A stretch of 56,930 nt of DNA from an uncultured virus (IMG/VR IMGVR_UViG_3300042453_005981) (Duplodnaviria > Heunggongvirae > Uroviricota > Caudoviricetes), in the IMG/VR virus record IMGVR_UViG_3300042453_005981; one strand, given 5' to 3'. This document shows positions 49,612 through 56,930 of this stretch, piece by piece (position 1 is the first letter of the stretch; each line of letters opens with the position of its first letter). The translations under genes and the position numbers were made by a program. The notes under the pieces are model-generated. The model had not been told where the DNA came from. It saw nothing but the letters and a program-made list of their open reading frames with translations, and ran no database searches.

Positions 49612-50004
49612 ATGAAAAATACCTTTTTAATTATAGCAACACTGGCTTTTACTTTGGTTGGGTGTGAAAATACAAGGCAATCAAGTTCAAAAACCATTGA
49701 CTTACCCACGGGAATCAAACTTAAACTTGAAAAGATACCCAACAAGTGTAATTCATATGATCCATATGTTATAGTTGCTACGTATTACATTCCTTCAGAC
49801 CAAAAATTTGTTAATTTCAAACAATTTGAGCTTTCTTGGAGAGGCGAAAAATATTATGAGGATTATGAGGGTCAAATCACAACCAGAAAACGAACAAAGG
49901 ATGATGGCTATGATACCTATACAATTGCTACAGGAGCTCAATTTGAAGCTGCATGCAGTCCTGCGATAACGATAATAGAAGAAAAGCCTTTTGGAGAAAA
50001 ATGA
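49612..50004 (+). CDS. Putative lipoprotein (paralog B)
   Basis: Lipobox LVGC; shares QSSSKT, ATYYIP.DQKFV, YEGQ.TTR and EEKP.GE with paralog A. Confidence 0.7.
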   Translation: MKNTFLIIATLAFTLVGCENTRQSSSKTIDLPTGIKLKLEKIPNKCNSYDPYVIVATYYIPSDQKFVNFKQFELSWRGEKYYEDYEGQITTRKRTKDDGYDTYTIATGAQFEAACSPAITIIEEKPFGEK

Positions 50005-50064
50005 CACAATCTGAATTATTTATTACTTAAAGACCGTATATGGAAAGAGGAATGAGAACAAATC

Positions 50065-50673
50065 ATGAAAAAATTTATCGGATTGTATTGGAAAATTGAA
50101 AAAAGCAAAGATGGACTTTGGGCTAACTATGACAAAAGTGGGCATAAAATAAATCATGTCGTAGCTTGTCAAGTAGCCAAAGAAAGTGACATTAAAGCTT
50201 TCGTATTCATTTTAGGAAAGTATATGCTCATAGTGGCTAAGTTAATTGATGTCACAACTGGTAAACAAAAGGCATTTGGTGCCAAAGATAGACCAGTTAC
50301 AGAAGCAATCAAAAGAAAGCCTGAAAGAGTCAGGGAAGTAGGAGTGATGCATCTTAATATTCCAGAGGTTAAGCCTCCTATGCCGACAGCACCTGCACAA
50401 CCTCCCCAGAAAAAAGACAAATTAGAAGAAGAATTGAAACGAATTGAGTCTTTAGACGCTGAAATCAAGCGACTTAGATTGCAAGAAGCCAATAACATTT
50501 TGCTTGCTTGGGGTGGGGTATGCCCTTCTGATTGGGCAATTTCTGGTGACCCAACACAAATGGCTGAAATTATTAGGCAAAGAGGTGACGAATTGCAAAC
50601 AGAGAATTTACGACTCAAATCCGAGTTGATTGAGGTCACCAAAATTCTTAAGATTTTGGAGGATGAGGAATGA
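50065..50673 (+). CDS. Hypothetical protein
   Basis: Pro-rich linker plus coiled coil. Confidence 0.55.
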   Translation: MKKFIGLYWKIEKSKDGLWANYDKSGHKINHVVACQVAKESDIKAFVFILGKYMLIVAKLIDVTTGKQKAFGAKDRPVTEAIKRKPERVREVGVMHLNIPEVKPPMPTAPAQPPQKKDKLEEELKRIESLDAEIKRLRLQEANNILLAWGGVCPSDWAISGDPTQMAEIIRQRGDELQTENLRLKSELIEVTKILKILEDEE

Positions 50674-50957
50674 GCGAACAAAAAGCCCAGCGAGAAGCCT
50701 ATATTCGAGCTTCTGACCAACGAATTGCAAATTGGACAGAAGCTAAACGTGAAGCGTTTCAAAAGGCTGTCGAAAAAATTAAGCCATTGGAAGAAGTCAA
50801 ACCGTTGGAAGAAGTCAAACCAGAACCGATTGAGTTTGAGTTCATTCCGTCCCTAGAGATGGTAAAAGATTCGTGGTTAGGAGAGCATATTCCGATGGAA
50901 GCTATTGGCAAAAAATTCAAGTGCATCCAGATTTTGGAGGAGGAGGAAGAAAAATGA
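50670..50957 (+). CDS. Hypothetical protein
   Basis: ATGA overlap; internal KPLEEV duplication. Confidence 0.55.
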   Translation: MSEQKAQREAYIRASDQRIANWTEAKREAFQKAVEKIKPLEEVKPLEEVKPEPIEFEFIPSLEMVKDSWLGEHIPMEAIGKKFKCIQILEEEEEK

Positions 50958-51271
50958 AAAAAGCAAGTCGTGCACCAATATATACGGCGTGTGTATATCC
51001 AGATTTGGCTGAAATTTGTCGCGAGGCTGGCTATGCATTAGCAGTGCATGGTTCACTTGCCAGAGATTTTGACCTTGTTGCTATACCTTGGGTAGAAAAT
51101 GTTATTATCCCAGAAATAGTTGTGCAGGAAATAACAAAAAAATTCTCTGTCAAACAAATAGGCGAGCCAGAGTGTAAATTACATGGGAGATTGTGTTATA
51201 CCTTAGCATGGATGGGTGAAGCGTTTATAGATTTTTCGTTCATGCCTGTGCAAACACAAGAATTAAAATGA
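50954..51271 (+). CDS. Minimal nucleotidyltransferase-like phage protein
   Basis: GYALAVHGSLARDFDLVAIPW (GS..DxD). Confidence 0.55.
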   Translation: MKKASRAPIYTACVYPDLAEICREAGYALAVHGSLARDFDLVAIPWVENVIIPEIVVQEITKKFSVKQIGEPECKLHGRLCYTLAWMGEAFIDFSFMPVQTQELK

Positions 51272-51550
51272 ATACAAGCATGACAGTTCGTTGCGTTCAG
51301 ATTTTGGAGGAAGAGAAGAAATGACCTTCTTTCAAGGTTTACTAATGTTTCTATATGTCGTTTGTATTTTGGAAAGTGCGAGCCTCATAGTGACCGTTTT
51401 ATATCATGAATTGTGTCCTCGTAGCACAGAGGAGTTTCGATGAGCAAAATGACATTCTTCCAAAGTTCGATGGACGCTTTAGTATTCCTATTAGCCATAA
51501 TCTGTGTCTTAATCTGCATTGTTGGGCATTTGCTAACGCGGAGGAGATGA

Positions 51551-51820
51551 ATGAGTATGAGTAGGATTATTATTGACAACAAAAGCAGTTTGCCAGATTA
51601 TGATGCAGTAACAATGGTGCGAAGAGTAATGTCTGATGGATTTCAAAGCACAGAAACAATTCAAGGAGAAAAAAATGTTCCTAAGTATTGCCATGCAACT
51701 GCTTTCAAACGTGAATTCAACGGTAAGAAAACTATCGTTTGGGCAAGACCACGAAAGACAAAACAAAGTGCATATTCTTTCTTGGTTTACGATGAACAGG
51801 AGAAGAAAGAGCATGAGTGA
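51551..51820 (+). CDS. Hypothetical protein (paralog of 53228-53497)
   Basis: MSRIII.N.SSLPD..AV..V.RVMSDGF.S.ETIQGEKN.PKYCH shared. Confidence 0.65.
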   Translation: MSMSRIIIDNKSSLPDYDAVTMVRRVMSDGFQSTETIQGEKNVPKYCHATAFKREFNGKKTIVWARPRKTKQSAYSFLVYDEQEKKEHE

Positions 51821-52133
51821 CGCTGAAATTAAAAGACTTACTTATGATGAAATCATTGATTTAAGAAACAAACGGCAACAAGAAGAAATCAACAAAGAGC
51901 TTGAAAAAATTGCAGAAAAAGTAGCAAAAAAAATTGAATATTTTATATGCGGTCTTAATTGGGACCCTAAAATTGAAAGTGGACTAAAAGAACGGTTACC
52001 TTTAACTATGATTGAGGAATATTTGAGTGCACAATTTACAGTTCAGTTTAAGGTTCAAGTGCTCCACGGATTACCTGGGGGTAAAGATACATTATATGTT
52101 GATCTATGTGGTGGGGTGAATGAGCATGAGTAA
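51813..52133 (+). CDS. Hypothetical protein
   Basis: AGGAG SD; start MSDAEIK. Confidence 0.55.
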   Translation: MSDAEIKRLTYDEIIDLRNKRQQEEINKELEKIAEKVAKKIEYFICGLNWDPKIESGLKERLPLTMIEEYLSAQFTVQFKVQVLHGLPGGKDTLYVDLCGGVNEHE

Positions 52134-52689
52134 CTACGAGAAAGCAGTAGCAGTTGATTCCAATGAAGATCTTTCACGATACAACTTCAAAGTGGGTACC
52201 GAGCAAGTGGAATTATTGTTTGTTAATGAGGTGATGGATACTCCATCGCTAAGTTTTACAAGAGTTTTAGAATTTGAACTAGGAGAAGAAATGACAAAAA
52301 AATTAACTTATTTAAAAGAAAAAACACCAGAACAAAAGATGTTCAAAGAAGTGACTGAGCTTCTTAAATTAGACGGATGGGTAGAAGTTGACGAAGACTT
52401 TGCTGGCAAGGTGGCGCTCATTTTTACTGTTTATGGAGACATCGTGCATCGGTATGTAGAGTGGGATTCAGATTATTCTGAGTGGCATCAATGTAGCTTT
52501 TATTATCCAACATTTTATATGAGTGATAGGGCAAGTTGGGATGATATTGATGATTACAGCGTGGCACTTATGGGGGCTTTGACGATTCCAAAGTTAACCG
52601 AAAAAACTAAAGAAGCATTGCAAATTATGAATGATTTTTATCAGGCAGAACAAATGGAGATGAAAAATGAAAGAACAAAAGATGAATGA
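52120..52689 (+). CDS. Hypothetical protein
   Basis: Acidic 189-aa ORF in the operon-like tract. Confidence 0.6.
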   Translation: MSMSNYEKAVAVDSNEDLSRYNFKVGTEQVELLFVNEVMDTPSLSFTRVLEFELGEEMTKKLTYLKEKTPEQKMFKEVTELLKLDGWVEVDEDFAGKVALIFTVYGDIVHRYVEWDSDYSEWHQCSFYYPTFYMSDRASWDDIDDYSVALMGALTIPKLTEKTKEALQIMNDFYQAEQMEMKNERTKDE

Positions 52690-52870
52690 AACTAATCTAA
52701 TAAACCATTCCTACAAACACATCAAAGGATTTGATGACGAGACAGATTATCCTGTTGGTCACTGGGTAATCAACTCGTCATACTTTGTCGGGGTTAAAAC
52801 AAAACCAAACTGGTTAAACCGTCAGATGACTCGTATTTTGCTTGGTTGGAAGTGGGAGGACAGAAAATGA
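52682..52870 (+). CDS. Hypothetical protein
   Basis: KPNWLNR...LLGWKW segment. Confidence 0.5.
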   Translation: MNETNLINHSYKHIKGFDDETDYPVGHWVINSSYFVGVKTKPNWLNRQMTRILLGWKWEDRK

Positions 52871-53235
52871 GTGAATGGCAACCAATAGAAACAGCACCCG
52901 AAAATGAGTATATTTTGATAAGATATTATAAAGGTGGAAAAAGCTATAGAACAAAAGTAACCAAAGAATATATTATTACCCAAGCTAAAGCCAATCCAAT
53001 TTATGAACATGCTGAGCCACTTAACATCAATAATATTTTTAATCAATGTCGCTATTTTACTACATCACCTGAGCCTTGGAATGCTGAACACATTACTGTA
53101 AAAACTGATTTTGTTGAGTGGGTGGATGGGCTTCAGCGTTTAATCAGTAATACATCCAGTAAGGTGCAGAAAAACCATGTTACGCACTGGATGCCACTGC
53201 CAGAACCCCCTAAAGAGACGAATAAAGATGAGTAG
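52867..53235 (+). CDS. DUF551-like phage protein
   Basis: MSEWQPIETAP N-terminus and VTHWMPLPEPP C-terminus. Confidence 0.75.
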   Translation: MSEWQPIETAPENEYILIRYYKGGKSYRTKVTKEYIITQAKANPIYEHAEPLNINNIFNQCRYFTTSPEPWNAEHITVKTDFVEWVDGLQRLISNTSSKVQKNHVTHWMPLPEPPKETNKDE

Positions 53236-53497
53236 AATCATTATTGAAAATATAAGTTCGTTGCCTGATGACGAGGCAGTAAGATTAGTACAACGAGTAA
53301 TGTCTGACGGTTTTCTTAGCAAAGAAACAATACAGGGAGAAAAAAATATCCCAAAGTATTGCCACGTCACTTCTTTCAAGGAAATGTCATCTTGTGTCAG
53401 ACATATTGTGGAAGCAAGATCACGCAAAACAAAAACTTCTGCCTATTCATTCAGAGTTTACACTTCTTATATAGATTGTGTGGAGGAGGAATCATAA
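53228..53497 (+). CDS. Hypothetical protein (paralog of 51551-51820)
   Basis: High similarity to the 51551 ORF. Confidence 0.65.
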   Translation: MSRIIIENISSLPDDEAVRLVQRVMSDGFLSKETIQGEKNIPKYCHVTSFKEMSSCVRHIVEARSRKTKTSAYSFRVYTSYIDCVEEES

Positions 53498-53531
53498 TAT
53501 GAAATTGCCAATAGGTTTTGATGAGCCAATT

Positions 53532-54857
53532 GTGAACTACCTCACCCATAAAGGGAGAGGCTTCCTGTTTCATAGTCGTTAGCAACCTAACAATTCCACA
53601 GGCGTTGATTCGGCTTGTTCCAAGCCTATAAATCTCATTAAATTTTGACGATTGAATGCCATTTCTTTAATGTTGATAGCAGCATTAATATCACGATCAT
53701 GTGTAACTCCACAAGGACATTGCCATACACGATCTTTTAATGTTAATTCTCGATTGACATAGCCACAGATAGAACAAGTTTTTGAACTAGGTTCAAATCT
53801 TCCAATATCTAATAACCATTTCCCATTCCATTCACATTTATATTCTAAAAATGAACGAAACATTCCCCATCCTACATCGGATATGGATTTTGCTAATCTA
53901 TGATTTCTGATCATTCCTTGTGTGTTTAAATCTTCTATACATAACACATCAATTTGGTTCTCATTAACGAGTTCATGTGAGATTTTATGAAGGAAATCTT
54001 TTCTTTGATTAGAAACTTTTTCATGTAACTTAGCGAGTTTTACTCGCTGTTTGTTTTGATTATTACTACCTTTATTCATTCTTGAAAATCGACGTTGCAT
54101 TCGTTTTAATTTTTCTTCTGACTTTTTAAGGAAACGTGGATTATTAATTTTGTCACCTTCCGACGTAATAACAAAATGTGTCAATCCAAGATCAACACCT
54201 ATAGCTCTGTCTTTGTTGAGTTCTGGTTTAGCAGGAATATTTTCATCAATTTCAACTAATATAGAAGCATAATATTTTCCAGTAGATGATTTACTAATTG
54301 TAATTGATTTAACTTTTCCTTCAAAATGACGATGCAAAACAGCTTTAATATTTTTAGCTTTAGGAATTGAAATTGTATTTAATTCAAAATCCACAACACA
54401 CGATTGAGGATTCATAAATGAAGACTTACTGAATTTCTTGCTTTTAAATTTTGGAAATCCTTTCTTTTCTTTAAAGAATCTACTAAATGCAGAATCCAAA
54501 TTAGCAGTTACAGCTTGTAACGCTTGTGAATTAACATTTGTCAGCCAATGGTGTTCTTCTTTAAGTTCTTTAAGTTTTGCATCCATTTCAAATTTAGTTA
54601 ATTTCTGTTTTCCATTCACATACATTTCTGTTTTCAGTTCAAGAAAATAATTATATACAAATCTCGCACAACCAAAAGAACTTTCAATTAATTGAATTTG
54701 CTCTTGATTAGGTTTGATTCTATACTTATATGCCTTAAACATATAAATAATTTCTGCTTATTTTCTAGTCACACCTATTTTTCGACTAGAAATTTTATAA
54801 TATTTTTTAATAATTCAGCAATTCATCCCCACTGACGAGCAGATGGGGCTTTCTTGC
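53532..54857 (-). mobile_element. IS200/IS605-family (IS1341-like, TnpB-only) element
   Basis: Minus-strand left end GCAAGAAAGCCCCATCTG..CAGTGGGGATGAATTGC and right end GGAAGCCTCTCCCTTTATGGGTGAGGTAGTTCAC. Confidence 0.85.
53579..54742 (-). CDS. tnpB: RNA-guided endonuclease TnpB
   Basis: KAYKYRI, GVDLG, IEDL, CSIC..CPC, HDRDINAAINI; catalytic triad intact. Confidence 0.95.
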   Translation of the reverse strand: MFKAYKYRIKPNQEQIQLIESSFGCARFVYNYFLELKTEMYVNGKQKLTKFEMDAKLKELKEEHHWLTNVNSQALQAVTANLDSAFSRFFKEKKGFPKFKSKKFSKSSFMNPQSCVVDFELNTISIPKAKNIKAVLHRHFEGKVKSITISKSSTGKYYASILVEIDENIPAKPELNKDRAIGVDLGLTHFVITSEGDKINNPRFLKKSEEKLKRMQRRFSRMNKGSNNQNKQRVKLAKLHEKVSNQRKDFLHKISHELVNENQIDVLCIEDLNTQGMIRNHRLAKSISDVGWGMFRSFLEYKCEWNGKWLLDIGRFEPSSKTCSICGYVNRELTLKDRVWQCPCGVTHDRDINAAINIKEMAFNRQNLMRFIGLEQAESTPVELLGC

Positions 54858-55077
54858 AGGTATATTGTAAATGATGATGGCTCTGTTGAGTACGATTGGA
54901 TGTTTGACAAAAATGCATTTTCGTTGACCATATATCCAGATGGCAAAGTAGGATATGCTTACTTGATTGGAAATATTTCTGATTGCGGTGTTTCTTATTT
55001 GGAAGATGGCAATTTGCCTGATTTTATTACAAACAAGATTCAAGAACTTTCCACACAATCTGAGCGTATAAAAATTA

Positions 55078-55248
55078 ATGAAAAAAAATCTTGTTAGTAT
55101 TTTGTTGGTTTTTCTTTTTGCGCCCGCATTCATTCTCGCCTACATGATTTTATTTGGCTTTGAACCATCAAATCCACAGTGTTTCGCCGCGTTTTTATTG
55201 TGTTTTTCTGGCGCAGTGGTTTTGTTTTGGCGGGATCAGAGTGATTAG
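55078..55248 (+). CDS. Small two-TM protein (56 aa; not in the ORF track)
   Basis: MKKNLVSILLVFLFAPAFILAYMILFG...VLFWRDQSD*; ATG supplied by cassette repeat 1. Confidence 0.55.
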   Translation: MKKNLVSILLVFLFAPAFILAYMILFGFEPSNPQCFAAFLLCFSGAVVLFWRDQSD

Positions 55249-55702
55249 TAAACTCGAAACCAAAACAATACTTTGTGCCGCGTTTCCTGGCACTGGCAAA
55301 ACATTTATCTGTAATAATTCAAAACTAAAAGCAATTGAAGTGGAATTTTGGCAGTATGAAAGCCAAAAACAATACATTCAAGATATTAAAGCATTGATAG
55401 GTGAAGTAGATTTTGTATTCCTATCCACTGAAATAGATGGTTTACAGCTTTTGCATAATGAAGGTCTTGAAATTTTCCTTGTTTATCCTCAAAAGAATTT
55501 GAGGAATGAATATTTAGACAGATATATTGAAAGAGATAACCCATATGATTTCATAGGCACGATGATGAAATTTTGGGACACTACTATTGAAAAACTTCAA
55601 GAGCAAAAGTATTGTAAACACTTCGTTTTAGGAAAAAATCAATATTTGAGCGATATTCTTCATTTACTCAGTAAACCCTCCACACAATCTGAGCGTATAT
55701 AA
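55241..55702 (+). CDS. P-loop NTPase or nucleotide kinase-like phage protein
   Basis: ILCAAFPGTGKT Walker A; LVYP..EYL.RY..R; probable GTG start. Confidence 0.7.
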   Translation: MISKLETKTILCAAFPGTGKTFICNNSKLKAIEVEFWQYESQKQYIQDIKALIGEVDFVFLSTEIDGLQLLHNEGLEIFLVYPQKNLRNEYLDRYIERDNPYDFIGTMMKFWDTTIEKLQEQKYCKHFVLGKNQYLSDILHLLSKPSTQSERI

Positions 55703-55706
55703 GACT

Positions 55707-56042
55707 ATGGGTATGTTCACAAGGATAAAAGTAAATAACAACAAGTTTATTCAAATATATTGTGGTGGTGATATGTTGAAAACTTACGAAATTGGAGATT
55801 CCGTTCCCTATTGTTTATATGTTGAAAAAACTCGTTTTGAATGTTTTGCTGATGGTGCTTATAAGGGTTTTTGCGAAGATAAAAATGATGACAATCATTA
55901 TTGGGTGATAATTAAAAATTCAAAAGTTGAAACGGTGCTTTGCCAAAACAATATAGTTTTCGAGCGTGACGAGTATAAAAGTTTATATGAAGATACTTTG
56001 GATTTTTTGATTAAAAAATATAATTTACCACAAGTTCTGTAG
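55707..56042 (+). CDS. Hypothetical protein
   Basis: ATG supplied by cassette repeat 2. Confidence 0.6.
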   Translation: MGMFTRIKVNNNKFIQIYCGGDMLKTYEIGDSVPYCLYVEKTRFECFADGAYKGFCEDKNDDNHYWVIIKNSKVETVLCQNNIVFERDEYKSLYEDTLDFLIKKYNLPQVL

Positions 56043-56081
56043 TTTTCGAACCTTCCACACAATCTGAGCGTATAAAATAAT

Positions 56082-56336
56082 ATGCATTTGTGGTTCACTG
56101 CTTATAATCCAAAAACAAAAGAAGCATGCAATGTGTTTGTGGTTGGAAGTGCAATAGATGGTGTGTACGAGGAAGATTTGTTGAGAGCTTTTTTGACAAA
56201 AAACGTTGAGCAAGATTTAGTGCTTAGCAATAGTGACGAGCTTTTAGACCGTGTGTACGATGAAGGCGGGGTTCATCTAAACAGACTATCAATAACTGAA
56301 AAAGAAAAATATATTAAATCTGTATACAGTAATTAA
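56082..56336 (+). CDS. Hypothetical protein
   Basis: ATG supplied by cassette repeat 3. Confidence 0.6.
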   Translation: MHLWFTAYNPKTKEACNVFVVGSAIDGVYEEDLLRAFLTKNVEQDLVLSNSDELLDRVYDEGGVHLNRLSITEKEKYIKSVYSN

Positions 56337-56429
56337 TGTTAACAATTTCGTGGCTAGGAGGTGAAAATATAATTTACCACAAGCTCTGTAGTTTGCAACT
56401 TTCCACACAATCTGAGCGTATAAAATAAT

Positions 56430-56930
56430 ATGTCAACAAGTGCTAAAACAAATATATTCGTTGCAGTTTCCCAAAAATATTTTGAGCATTCTAAATCCGA
56501 AAAAGGTTCAGAAGTCACTAGATATGACACTATAACTGGTAAACCTTTTCAAGTAGAAATCAAAAATGTTTCCTATAACATAGGACAATTGAACTTTCCA
56601 GATGCTGAAAATTTACTTCAAATTGAAGAAGCTTTGAATAATGAAGAAACACCTGAGGGAAATGACTTATCCGATGGATATTTATGTTTTCTTCAAGATG
56701 ATAGTCCAACATTTATAAAAATGAGTGACTATAATTATTGGGGTGATTATGATGGAGAATTTGGTATTGGTTATGAATTGTTCGGTCAATATGCCAATAG
56801 TCACTTAGAGATTGATGAATTAGATTATAATTTAATTCCAAACTCTATTTTAAAGTTAAAGCAATGGTTCAAAGAAAATTTGAATCTAGATGTCAGTCCC
56901 ACTTGCTATGTTGTTACATCTCTTGGTTAA
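56430..56930 (+). CDS. Hypothetical protein
   Basis: ATG supplied by cassette repeat 4. Confidence 0.6.
   Translation: MSTSAKTNIFVAVSQKYFEHSKSEKGSEVTRYDTITGKPFQVEIKNVSYNIGQLNFPDAENLLQIEEALNNEETPEGNDLSDGYLCFLQDDSPTFIKMSDYNYWGDYDGEFGIGYELFGQYANSHLEIDELDYNLIPNSILKLKQWFKENLNLDVSPTCYVVTSLG

Larger units (their letters stand above)
53499..55097 (+). pseudogene. Small gene interrupted by the second TnpB element
   Basis: GGAGGAGG SD plus MKLPIGFDEPI (53499-53531) joins in frame to RYIVNDDGSVEYDW... (54858-55097) when 53532-54857 is removed. Confidence 0.65.
55049..56432 (+). repeat. Four copies of the cassette repeat TCCACACAATCTGAGCGTATA-N7-ATG (cores near 55051, 55680, 56055, 56403); the last two extend to about 70 bp
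   Basis: Direct comparison; 56014-56084 and 56364-56432 are nearly identical. Confidence 0.9.

Noticed and set aside
29324..54742. Cas12f-type CRISPR effectors or nuclease-dead TldR regulators
   Set aside because: Both proteins are flanked by IS200/IS605 ends, have no adjacent array and keep all three RuvC acidic residues
3886..56413. Chi- or KOPS-like role for the 9-mer
   Set aside because: Copies split 24/21 between strands and are interleaved, without the polarity those signals need
55049..56432. CRISPR array from the ~21-bp repeats
   Set aside because: Intervals are roughly 350-630 bp and contain whole ORFs; repeats are not hairpins; no cas genes in the window
1..56930. Alternative genetic code (stop-codon reassignment) as in some huge phages
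   Set aside because: Conserved genes are full length in the standard code and TAA, TGA and TAG all serve as apparent true stops

Overview
AT-rich (roughly 30% GC by eye), densely coding DNA that reads best as part of a huge/jumbo bacteriophage genome in the standard genetic code. No capsid or terminase gene lies in this window, so the phage call is an inference from gene content. Content from left to right: a glycan-modification cluster (GT10, GT11, two GT25, GT2, three SAM methyltransferases, rmlB, with ahcY next to it and rmlC further on); nucleotide and replication genes (dNMP kinase, purA, thyX, dinB, NrdG-like); a GH108 lysozyme; a prepilin and a secretin-N-like protein that suggest an Armatimonadota host; two sigma factors flanking nusG; a complete tmRNA; signal peptidase I, clpP and dnaK; two related TnpB-only IS200/IS605 elements; a free-standing LAGLIDADG endonuclease; and a long tract of small unknown ORFs. 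The most notable signals not explained by gene calls are four. (1) The 9-mer ACACAATCT/AGATTGTGT occurs 45 times by manual count against about 1 expected, with no strand bias. (2) A six-gene mosaic array of small membrane proteins is joined by a conserved CAGATTTGGGTGA..ATGA (QIWV) junction. (3) A 4-copy promoter-cassette repeat built on the same 9-mer precedes unrelated genes. (4) Three promoter classes are readable, including leaderless and palindromic bidirectional ones and a SigH-like class that also precedes both tnpB genes. All calls come from motif recognition by eye; no searches were run.
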